A DNA stretch of 62,632 nt, the filler included, from Choristocarpus tenellus KU-1152 (taxonomy: Eukaryota > Protista > Phaeophyceae): the NCBI GenBank assembly GCA_964200185.2. It is 8 parts of 8 records of this genome, joined end to end, with 100 filler letters (N's around TTAATTAATTAA, not from the genome) between each part and the next. Parts side by side here need not be neighbours in the genome. Positions count along the whole stretch, not along the records: positions 50,863 to 56,463 come from CAXNAD020010280.1; positions 56,564 to 62,632 come from CAXNAD020009022.1; 6 more parts are not named here. One strand, written 5' to 3'. Both the position numbers and the translations under genes were made by a program. The first letter of the stretch is position 1. Each line of letters opens with the position of its first letter. The notes beneath the pieces are model-generated. The model saw only the letters and a list, made by a program, of their open reading frames with translations, was not told where the DNA came from and searched no databases. This document shows, piece after piece, positions 52,540 through 62,632 of this stretch.

Positions 52540-53180
52540 TGTTAGAACATAGGCTACTCATCTTTTGTGTCATCGTTAGGATACAGTATTACCAGTTCAT
52601 ACTGGCTGTTGATTCGCACATGAGTACTGGTCGGTACTTACATTTACATAATTGGTACACCTTATCATAGGATCATCTGTCACTGTTACAAGCCCATGAT
52701 GCATAGCAAGTATGAAACGTCCATCGAACATACAAGCATAGTATGTGCCATATTAGTGGTCCCAGATTTTGATTCAAGTTTCTTTGTTTTTGCTCTTCAC
52801 ATCAGAACACCAGTTGTATATCACATGTTGATAATTACTTTTTCTCTGGTTGGCCTCACCCCCACTTAAACCTCGGGTTCACTCTGCACTAAGTCAACCT
52901 GGCACACAACTGGATGCAATATACTCAGAGAAAAAAACATCCACAGAACCCTTCTTCACAAGACGACAAGCCTCAACACAGAGCATTAATCTCTTCATTT
53001 GAATGTACCAAGGAATATCCAACATCACTACACAAAATAACCTCTGACTGTGCAAAGCATGACACTAGGTTTATCATCCCATATTCACCAGTGCTTAATT
53101 GCACTATGATACCCCTTCACTACAATCAACCTGTCATCGTACAAGAGCACACACGATTAATTCAATCCCAGGTTCCAACA
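52540..53180. mobile_element. Probable solo LTR inserted in Copia integrase
   Basis: 641-bp non-coding block TGTTAGAAC...GTTCCAACA interrupts the integrase between LYEM and ICDKTGMGW. The flanks match at only 3 of 5 positions. Confidence 0.55.
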
Positions 53181-53188
53181 TCATTTAG

Positions 53189-53517
53189 GGCTCAAAATAT
53201 CTGGGTGGGGGGGGGGGGTCTACACTAGGGTGTCCATTTGGGTCCTAACCAGGAAAGGTGCACCTACATTATCNNNNNNNNNNAAAAAAAAAAAAAAAAA
53301 AAATCAAAACAAACCCACGGTTCCAATGTTTTGGGGGGGAGGGAGGGGGGGGGGGGGGGGGGGGGGGTCTACACCAGGGTGTCCATTTGGGTCCTAACCA
53401 GGAAAGGTGCACCTACATTATCCATCCAACATATGCCACCACATCACCCAAAACTTGCGACATGAAAAAATGGACCCCAAATGGACAGCTGCCACCCTCC
53501 CCCAGATACTTTGAGCC
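53189..53517 (+). mobile_element. MITE family 2 copy or copies; left part duplicated across a 10-N gap
   Basis: GGCTCAAAATATCTGGG...CCCCAGATACTTTGAGCC. Confidence 0.82.
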
Positions 53518-55167
53518 TAAACATCTCGTACAAAAAAACCTCTGGGCACCTTGCCCTAGGCCTCGAACCGCTCAGATCAATGAAGACCCTGCCCAGGCAT
53601 TTCTTCGATCTGCTCAATGTCACCTTTGGAACTGGTCCGATGAGCCTTGCCAATAGCATATCCCTTACAGTAATTCTTCCACTTCCCTGTCAAAATAATG
53701 CCATGTTCGTTGGCGTACATTTGAACCATCGCCTTGTGGCAACGTCCCAGTTGGTGGTGCATCTGATGAACGTCAATATTGACGTACAGATTGCAGGTCT
53801 CATTCCCCCACTCGACCCCTACAGGGCAGTGACATGTGCTCCAGCCCCAGCAAAGGTCAGCTCATCAACTACCACAACATCCTCCTCTGACATTGCGTTC
53901 ACCCCAGTTGATTGCTCAAAATTGACATCCCTCTGGTCATCTTTGAGGTAGGACTCTCCTCCTCAACAGTCCCCCCTCAGTCGATGGCACCTCCTGTAAT
54001 CCCTCCGAGGGTATACTCTCCTGTCTTTTCAACATCCTCCTTCGACATTGCTTCTCTTCAGATGTTCCTCCTGAGGCAGTATCTACTCCAGCCCTTCTTG
54101 GAGCAAGTGCGTCAGTTCCTGCCTCCCCCTCGGATGGAATTAGTCCTGACACTATCCTCTCTGTCATGTCAGGTACTTTCAGATGATCGTCATGAGTCCG
54201 GGCCAGGAAGTATCAGGAAATTTCTCCGATTAGCTTTGAACATAGACAATCCATAATTCTTCCCACTCATCCTCACAAACTCCAATCTAGGTCCTCCACA
54301 AGAAGAGGTTAATCACACAGAACATTCACCTTTCCAACATAATTTCCCCCCAGATTGTTTCCCAGCTTGTATCATAGAGAAGAGACTAAGTTTTAACCCC
54401 AAAACAGTTGACACGTTACGGAAGATGAAGTTGGAAACTTCCCCTTTCTGTACACAACATAGTGACAAATCACCTATGACTGAAACTTGTAGGTCCTTTC
54501 CATCTCCATCAGTCGCCGATGTTCCTACCACAGGTTTTGGATCTATAAGAGCAGTAGTGTTATTTATCATATGTTCCAAACACCCACTGCCAAAGAATCA
54601 AAGTTCGTCCAATTCCACAAGATTCTCATCATCGCTTACTGTGCAAATTACCTTGGGAGGTAATGCTATTTCTCAGTAGTGAAGATAAGAGAGTGTGAAG
54701 CCTCACACGACCCCCTTTGCTGAACGTAAAAAAGAATGGATGGTTGAAATTTAGATGAGTGACCTTTGTGTGTGGTGTCTTCTCATTGCTTGTTTATTAT
54801 TTATTTGTGCTTCACATACATAAGTCCATGGTTATATCAAAGTAGTTGAATGCAGAATAAAAACCCATACATATTCCCATTCATAATCCAGATGTACTAT
54901 CTCATTAGTTACATCTCTCATACACAAAATAAGGTACACCTCACTATTGTCCTACATTGCACACTCCCCCATGAGAGTACAGGCAATGAAAGAGTTGCTG
55001 GAACTCTCAAACCTAAAACATCCTATTCTGCACACTCCCCATTCTGCACACTTGCCCATGAAAATGGAAGTAAAAGACGTCAGATTGGTTCAATTCTCAC
55101 ACATATCACATTTATCTTGTCAACGCAATAAAAGAATGCAGATTACTTCAATTTTAACACACGACAT

Positions 55168-56463
55168 TCATCTAATCAACACAGGGTCTACAAAGTCTTC
55201 TACCTGCTTCTTGCGTAGTCTTTTGGTCAAGATGTCTGCAAGTTGGAGTGCCGTGGGAATATATTTTACTCTAAAAACTCCTTTGCTAACATACTCCCTG
55301 GTGAATTTCAGCTTGATGTCGACATGTCTTGTCCGTCCATTGAAACCTTCGGTTATCGCTGCTTGTATCGCTCCTCGATTGTCTCCATACCAAGCCGTGA
55401 CCCCTTTGAGTATACCCAGTTCCCCCAGAATGCCTATGAGAAATATTGCATGCCTTATTCCATGCACCATCGCTGTTCATTCCACCTCTGATGAAGATGT
55501 GGTTACAGCTCCCTGCATCTTGGATTTCCATGCAATTGGTGCTCCATTCATGAGTATTAGATACCCTGTCACGATCCGCCTTGATGCAGTATCATTGCCC
55601 CAGTCTGAGTCTCCATACCCGACCAGGCCCCCATTGTCCATTTCACCACCAGCAGGATAGTGTATCCCTACTTTTGTGGTGCCCGCCAGGTATCATAGAG
55701 CATGTTGCAGCCCTTTCCAGTGTCGGTCACATGGAGATGCTCCATATCTTCCCAGTTCCCGCACACTGTTGGATATGTCTGGTCGTGTCATCCCGGCTTG
55801 GAACATAAGTTTTCCCAGGATGGTGCGGTAGGGTTTGTGCCTCTGGTCCAGCTCCTCCTCGTCAGTTCTTCTTGCTGTCAGGTCCATTCCTGGGTTTAGA
55901 GATGATGAGGTATTCCGTACTTCTGCAGATCCCATTCCTTCTCGAACAATGCTCTCTGCATAGAAATGCTGGTCTAGTGTGATGCCAGCCTCATCCCTGG
56001 TGATTGCCACCCCAACTAACTTGTCTGGGGTCCCGAGGTCCCGTCCTTCGTACTTGGTAAGCAGATTGTTCTTCATCCTTGTTATTTCTTCGTGGTAGTT
56101 TCCAGTCAATGTGATGTCATCCACGTAGTGAAAAAGAACAGCAACCCTTCCATCTTTACTCCTTTTGACATACAAGCAGGCATCAAAGTCGCCAACACTC
56201 CACCCCTCAGGCAAAAAATTTCCCTATAGATCCTTGTACCACTCCATCCTGATTGCTTAAGGCCATAAATGGCCCTGGCAGCTTTTACAATGGATCCATT
56301 GGGCAGTTGTAGCCATACATCTTCATGAAGTGGTGCGTTCAGGTAGGCTTGAGTGAAGTCTAGGGAGTTGATGATCCAGTTTCTGTTAGCTGCTGCAGCC
56401 AGGACTGCTCGAATCACGTCAAATCCCACCACTGGACTAAACGTGCTGAAGTAGTCCACCCCT
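55168..56463 (-). mobile_element. Copia RT-RNase H fragment (different lineage), one frameshift in RT
   Basis: DYFSTFSPV...LDFTQAYLNA...AIYGLKQSG, HYVDDI, MTRPDI, GDN..AI...RTRHVDIKLKFTRE...QLADILTK. Confidence 0.93.
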
Positions 56464-57774
56464 NNNNNNNNNNNNNNNNNNNNNNNNNNNNNNNNNNNNN
56501 NNNNNNNTTAATTAATTAANNNNNNNNNNNNNNNNNNNNNNNNNNNNNNNNNNNNNNNNNNNNATAGTCCCGCTCCATCCTCAATTTTGAGAATCTGCTG
56601 TTAACTGTTATTTTTTTAGGGTTTATTCTGACATGTGAATAGTTTTTGTTGATTTTTCCCTGACACACCTGGAAAATGTCCGAGACCATAATAATAAAAA
56701 ATATAGTACCAACTGTCATAAAAACAGTGTTTGGTATAATCGGCGTATAGTAGGACTAACGAAAAGACGTTAGCATATACGTGGAAGCACTTTTGCTGTT
56801 CATGGCAAATGTGTAACGTCACACCTCTCCATCCACTGTCATTTTGTGAGTCTGCAGAATGCAGACTAGGGAATTTCCAACTTAGTCTGGCAATACGCCA
56901 TGAAAAGTCTGTACTTAAAACACTGGCATCAACTTTTCTTGTGATTGTATACTCTGCATTTGCTACAGCCCATCCGAAGTCTAGTGGTCTTGCTTCATAA
57001 TCAAAAGCAAGCCCTGTATCCATACGTTTGACATTCTTCAGGCTTTAAGTCAGATTGGGCAGAGTAAATCCAATTTATGTCCTTCATTTAACACTTATCA
57101 ATCGGTATTTCTTCTTGAGTGTTTTACTTCTCATTTGACGCCATTATCACAGCTAGTTGACACAACGTGAGGAAGGAAAGGCTAATGTTATGATAATGAG
57201 GGTTTCTTCCACCTTCAGCAGCGGCAAACGCATTCAATACTTTCCAGGAAGTATACCCTGAATCAGTGGGACCTCTCTCCCAGGATCGAATAAGTTTTTC
57301 TCACCCCTGGGAGCACCACATGGTCGTAGGGGTTGAACGGGTCACACACCTACTTCCGCGACTCAACACCAAGCAGGGGGCTGATCATCATTGAAAAAAC
57401 CTGTTGAGCACAGGAGCTTCTTGTCCTTTGCATAGCACTCTTTTACTTGTGTCTGTATCTCTGGGCAACAGGCACCAAGCTTTGCCCCCTACTGTAGACA
57501 CAGCTAACTGGTCCACCTCCATCCTGTCTCCAAGCAAACATTTCTATTGCAGAGAGTACGAAAGTGATGTACAACCAGTTCAAGTACATACTAGGGCATA
57601 ATGATTATGTAATGCGCTAGTATAAAATATAAAGAGGAAAAGGTTGTGATGAGCCTTTTAAACGTCCAGTCCTAGTCAAAAGCCAACACCCCCGCGTGAT
57701 TGGTGCATCTAGAGAACACAACAACCTCACAATTAGTCTGCCAAAATCGGAGTCAACACCACGCAAAATCTGCC

Positions 57775-60700
57775 TCAATTTATTGCAGGGTCAAAGAATT
57801 GCAAACAGCCATAGCGACCATTGACCATCCACTTGGGGTCCTCTTCTGCAGCCTTCTCAGTGGCAGCTGTTGGCATTCCACATCTGTCATGGGTCAATAG
57901 AAGTACGTCAGAGAGGAGATTAGGAAGGGTACCAGTTCTTGACTGATAGAGGTCAAGCACATCAGCGAGTTCGTAGGTGGTGTGCCTTGACAAATGGCAG
58001 CATCATTGAAAGCTTTTTCAAGCGTGGACACAAAGACTGGTGTAGAGTCAGTGCACCAATATGATCATGCTATTGGCATTAACTCTACCTACCAGAACAA
58101 ACAATTCGTGGGCCATAAAGTCATCAACCCCAAAACTCTCATACACACAGGCCGGAACAGGTAATGCAACCCAGTGCACCTTCCCGTGCTGTGTGAGCAC
58201 ACGCAGAATGGCCATCATTATTGTACTCAGGCCATGACCAATGTACACCCGTTCCATCCTATCTTGATCATAAGAGAACGACCAGTGTGTGCTGGTTAGT
58301 GTACTCACCCCAGCTCAGCCTTGAGTGTCCGTAAAGCGCAGAGTTGAGTGGGAAAGTAGCTTACCACGTCAGCAAAGGGCGTATCAGTGGCCCAATGACG
58401 GTCACCCAAAAGTCTACGATAATTTGCATCCCCCTTAGCAAAGACCATGGAGCTGTTCTGGGACAGGTCCTGTAGAAATAGTGCGTGAGGGCCCAGACCA
58501 CACGAACAGTGGAGTTGGAGAGAAGAGAGACAGATTCGATCCTTCCCAATCAAGAAGAAGCCAATCAACAGACGAATCAAGAGCAGGATATCACATGTTC
58601 ACCTGCAGGTGGCTTACTTTCTTGTCGAGCCACGAAAGTCTTCATTCAAATCACAATGTATTTTTCCCAAACGATGTTGTGACAGCCTACCTAATGGTGT
58701 AGGTTCACATCACTGTGAATAGCACTTGGACACAGTGGTGCTATGAAATACTTTTCCCCTTCAAACTAACCACTCACCTCTCGGAGTGCCTTTGGCATCT
58801 CCCAGAAGGGTCTTGGCTGAGCCCAGAAGAAATCTTCCTTCAAGACCCACTTGCCAGACTCAATGAACCCCTGCCAGTCCTCGCCCAAGGCCTTATTGCT
58901 GATGAGTTCAAGGGGTACAATAGGTTGCCATGAAGGGTGGTCAGGAATTAGGGGAAGAGGGAGTTAGGGATAAGGAAGAGGGTAAGCTATGACCCGGTGT
59001 CACCCAAGATTGAGTCTTAGTGTTCATTGTTTTCAAAAAGGTTTAAGGGGGTGTCAACATGAACAGGTTAATACCTCATGGATCAACAGGTTGTAGTAAC
59101 TAAATTTATCATCCAAAAAGTATTGATATGCCAACTTTCTTCCCCTTTGTGGGGAAAAATTACATTACACCTCTTTCAAGACCTGACTACACTCCAAACT
59201 TAATCACTTTACACAGGAGGTTTGAGAGGAAAATCTCAAAGACATTTAATCACAGTAAGACAACTGAATTCCTCCAGATGCAACAGCATGCACAGTGGTT
59301 CTGAACAGCACAACTAAAACCTCTAGTGCTCAAGAGCAATCTGATGAAAACCATTCTGAAAACACATGCTCTCGTCAACAGTACAATATGGACAGCATCC
59401 ACACCCAATGACGGCAATCTATAACCAAGTGGGTACATTAACAATGCCACTGTGGCAAGGTTGGTCAAGAGGAGTATATTAAGCAAGGTGGCACTGGTAA
59501 TATTTCTAACTGTGCCTTAATGAGATGACTGATACAAGGCTGATTTTCTCCGTACCAACATATAGTCCACACATAGATGCCTACATGTGGTTTATACACC
59601 AGGCAGACCTTTGGTTGGCAAGGAGTTAGGTAGGGACCAAATTCTGTAAACACAGACACTTTGCCTGACCCGACAATTGCATCTGTTGAAGGGCTTCACA
59701 GAGTGCACTCTAGATCCAAAGTACTTAAGACGGTAGGGCCGCATCTGTTCGGGGTCATAAATCCAACATTGCGTTTTTTGTTATGAATTTTGGTTCTGAT
59801 GTTTGTTAGCAAGTGTCAATATCCTTGTTCCAGAACCAACTTTCATAATCCTATACATTTTACCTACTCCAAAATCCGAAATGTTCACACAGAAAACCGA
59901 AATAGGGCACAAAAACCCCCGGGGGAAGCCAAATCCCGAACAGACAAACATTACAAAACTCCTACCCTCTTGAAGCTTTGACTCCTACACAAGGAAGTAG
60001 GAAAATCACCTCCTTGGACAATGATACATATTGAGAAAAAACATTTTTGGCCAAGTGCACATGACTTTCTGGTTTATCGTCAACTGCTGTGTACCTTGCA
60101 CTCTTCTTTGGAACGGAAGTTACGGAGTGATGTGACCAAAGGTTAATATTGGTATGTCCACCAGACAGAAGTGATGACAGAAGTGATGACAGAATGAAAA
60201 TGTAGAGGTTGATGTGAGTTGTCTTTAAAAAGGAAAAAGTATTGTGTAAGGAGTCTTCAATTTTGGTAGAAGATGATGTAAGTGGTCTTTAAAAAGGAAA
60301 AAGTAATGTGTAACAAGTCTTAAATTTTGGTAGAAGTTGATGTAAGTTTGTCTTTAAAAGGAAAATATAATGTGTAACATGTCTTAAATTTTGATAACGC
60401 AGTGACAGGTGAGGGGGAAGAGAGTACAAAATATCAGATGAACGGCCAAGAGATGGAGACATATACCTCCACTTCCAATACAAAAAGGTCAGGGTAGGGG
60501 GTATGTAACAGGTATCCATACTATCCACAATACTTAACAGAGGTCAAAGTTTACTAGGGCTCTGGAGTTGAGAGATCAAATGTCCACCAAACAACAATCT
60601 AAAGCATTTACTACTAGCATACTCTAGAGCCCCAATGCCTCAGGGGATGTTGGGGGTGTCAATCTACAAAGCTTATATCAAAGCACCTCGAAGCTTTCCA

Positions 60701-62058
60701 CACACTTACTTGGCTGCACATGCCTCAAGCGCTCCATTCTTACACCCCAAAACGTGCAGTAACTATAAAGACAGTTACAAGGAGTCAGAAGAAATACCCA
60801 GGGAAACACAGTACCGCATCAATATGCCACGCAGCATATAGCAACACCACAACAAGAGTCTCGGTACCTTCCTCTGTATGGGGAGTGGTTGTTGCCATAG
60901 GAACAAGACATTTTAATGCTCCAAGATAGGTAGGACTGCAACTACTTCACTGGCAGTCAACTTTCGGCTAGCATTATCTTGGTTATCATTATCTTGGTTA
61001 TCATTATCTTGGTTATCATTATCTTGGTTATCAATATCTCGGTTATCATTATCTTGGTTATCTTGATCTTGGTTATCATTATCTTGGTTATCATTATCTT
61101 GGTTATCAATATCTCGGTTATCATTATCTTGGTTATCTTTATCTTGGTTATCATTATCTGGGTTATCGTTATCTTGGTTATCAATATCTCGGTTATCAAT
61201 ATCTTGGTTATCAATATCTCGGTTATCATTATCTTGGTTATCATTATCTTGGTTATCTTTATCGTGGTTAGCATTATCTTGGTTATCTTTATCTTGGTTA
61301 TCTTTATCTTGGTTATCAATATCTTGGTTATCATTATCTCGGTTATCATTATCTCAGTTATCATTATCTTGGTTATCATTATCTTGGTTATCATTATCTT
61401 GGTTATCTTTATCTTGGTTATCATTATTGTCATCATACTTGTAGTTCGAGTTGCAACGGGGCCCCCCTTTCAAGACTAAAGTGTCCCCATAATATCCAGC
61501 TCCCCCTCAATCAACATGTGTACGGCTGTAATCTACTTCCATCTCATTTATTACCCTCTACTTCACCAGCAGATTGTTCTTACACAGCACCTACTACACC
61601 AAGAACAAACAACCCACACACCTCCTATGTATTCCCTCCCTGTACCTGAAATACGCCCTTCATCATCACCTAAGTTTCTTCCTGATCTCGCTTGCCCCCA
61701 TCCATTTCAGGGCATCACCACCTGCTCATGCACAACTCAAAATTTGATTTGACTTGACTTGACTTGCCTTGACTTTACATGTACCCAAACAAGCTTTGCA
61801 GTGACCCAGTAAAGGTGGCTATTGAGGTGGAGGGACAGAATAATGAACTAAACTGTGATTGGACACCACTTTCCACATCTCACTTGGGGTATTGGTGCGA
61901 TTCCAGCTTGGCCAAGTAGTCCACCATGGCCACCAAGTCCTTCGACAGAGCATCGGATACAAACGTCGGGTGACCCTTTAGATGAAACACCACCTCACTT
62001 GCTACCCCCGTTGAGACCAGGCAGTTTGCCAGGCACAGATCGCAGAACAGCTCAAAAC
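57775..62058 (-). CDS. DUF89 / ARMT1-like damage-control phosphatase family protein, last 4 exons (5' exons not found in the window)
   Basis: Exons 62058-61884, 58898-58778, 58469-58309 and 57883-57775, in phase. GFELFCDLCLA...FHLKGHPTFVSDA...FFWAQPRPFWEMP...FAKGDANYRRLLGDRHW...ALRTLKAE...WMVNGRYGCLQF. Confidence 0.9.
59713..59984 (+). mobile_element. Degenerate MITE family 1 copy in the DUF89 intron
   Basis: CAAAGTACTTAAGACGGTAG...GTGTCAATATCCTTGTTCC...CTACCCTCT...CTTTGACTC. Confidence 0.75.
60208..60395. repeat. Three tandem copies of an approximately 63-bp unit
   Basis: GTTGATGTAAGTTGTCTTTAAAAAGGAAAAAGTAATGTGTAACAAGTCTTAAATTTTGGTAGAA-like unit x3. Confidence 0.85.
60976..61425. repeat. 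15-bp minisatellite (ATCTTGGTTATCATT) x30, intronic
   Basis: Exact 15-bp register over 450 bp with point variants and no indels. Confidence 0.95.
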
Positions 62059-62072
62059 CTGATCACAGCAGA

Positions 62073-62225
62073 AACGAGACATCACGAGACAAGACGAGAC
62101 GTAACAAGACGAGACGTCACGAGACATAACGAGACGAGACGAGATGAGACGTCACGAGACATCACGAGACATCACGAGACATCACGAGACAAGATGAGAC
62201 GTAACGAGACGAGACGAAACGAAAC
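62073..62225. repeat. Compound (GAGAC)/(GAGACATCAC) microsatellite next to a DUF89 splice acceptor
   Basis: 5- and 10-bp units. On the gene strand it forms the pyrimidine-rich tract just before exon 62058. Confidence 0.85.
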
Positions 62226-62632
62226 ACAAGGACTAAAAAAAAAAATGCAACTAAGGAGCAAAAGGGCGCACACCCTTCATTTTTCTTCTTTTTTTTCCTT
62301 TTTTTTTTCTTTTTTCTAGGGCAGCGGAACAGAGCGCTCAGGAAAACTGTCTCACGCACACACGAACACACATACCTACATAATTTACACACACATACCT
62401 CCACAATTTACACACACATACCTACACAATTTACACACACGTGTAACACTTGCTTGTACACACGTACGCATGGCACGTTTAGCACACAAGACCGGGAACA
62501 CCGAGAGGCTGGTGGGAAGTCAATCAATTAAGCATCCGGTCGGATTCGCCAGGGGGGGGGGGGGGGCAAGAGCACCACGGGGGGGCGTGTTAGTACTAGG
62601 AGCATCCATACTTTGCTCCATGGACCTGTTCG

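Larger units (their letters stand above)
51034..54660 (-). mobile_element. Decayed Copia element (protease, GAG-pre-integrase, integrase, RT remnant, PPT) split by nested insertions
   Basis: Protease region RNVSTVLGLKLSLFS; MHHQLG...GRVFIDLSG; RTDEGMEFKN...HKIRHEYTVP..QLNGKV/ERAI; TRPDVSFAVREL; minus-strand GGGGGAGGA|TG at 51175-51165. Confidence 0.85.

Noticed and set aside
54947-55660. 237-aa plus-strand ORF
   Set aside because: It is the antisense shadow of the Copia RNase H region.
7695-56563. Recurrent TTAATTAATTAA palindrome as a biological motif
   Set aside because: It is always centred in an identical 100-bp N spacer, so it is an assembly linker.
59341-59365. CTGATGA...GAAA hammerhead-like core
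   Set aside because: The intervening bases do not form stem II and I found no flanking stems.
60709-60765. Possible extra DUF89 exon ending at a GTAAGT donor
   Set aside because: Exons 62058-61884 and 58898-58778 already join in phase with a sensible sequence, and the candidate lacks family similarity.
60957-61479. 159-aa and 166-aa ORFs as real proteins
   Set aside because: They are by-products of a 15-bp minisatellite inside a DUF89 intron.
14064-62058. Apparent RNA-surveillance gene cluster (ZNF598, Dicer-like, TrmL, DUF89)
   Set aside because: The genes lie on different contigs joined by artificial linkers, so linkage is unsupported.

Overview
Intron-rich, repeat-rich eukaryotic DNA. 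The Copia and non-LTR element types, intron style and scattered TTAGGG tracts suggest a stramenopile, probably a brown alga; this is inference. The window is eight contigs joined by seven artificial 100-bp linkers (N44-TTAATTAATTAA-N44), so adjacency across linkers may not be real. I rebuilt six spliced genes by hand from splice sites and frame continuity: YjbQ/UPF0047 (-), a ZNF598/Hel2-type RING E3 ligase with a C-terminal R3H domain and one GC-AG intron (+), two exons of a Dicer-like DECH helicase (+), a TrmL-type SpoU methyltransferase (-), a TPR protein (+) and a DUF89/ARMT1-like protein (-). Two gene pairs are head-to-head. Repeats include decayed Copia elements, two RLE-type non-LTR fragments, a probable solo LTR, minisatellites and an orphan decayed gene with a 324-bp module. 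The most striking unannotated structure is about 20 copies of three miniature inverted-repeat families sharing a bipartite end (AAAGTATCT plus GTCCATTTGGG). Family 1 has GAG...CTC termini and variable 4-bp TSDs, which is Sola2-like. It nests in itself, and removing copies restores Copia reading frames.
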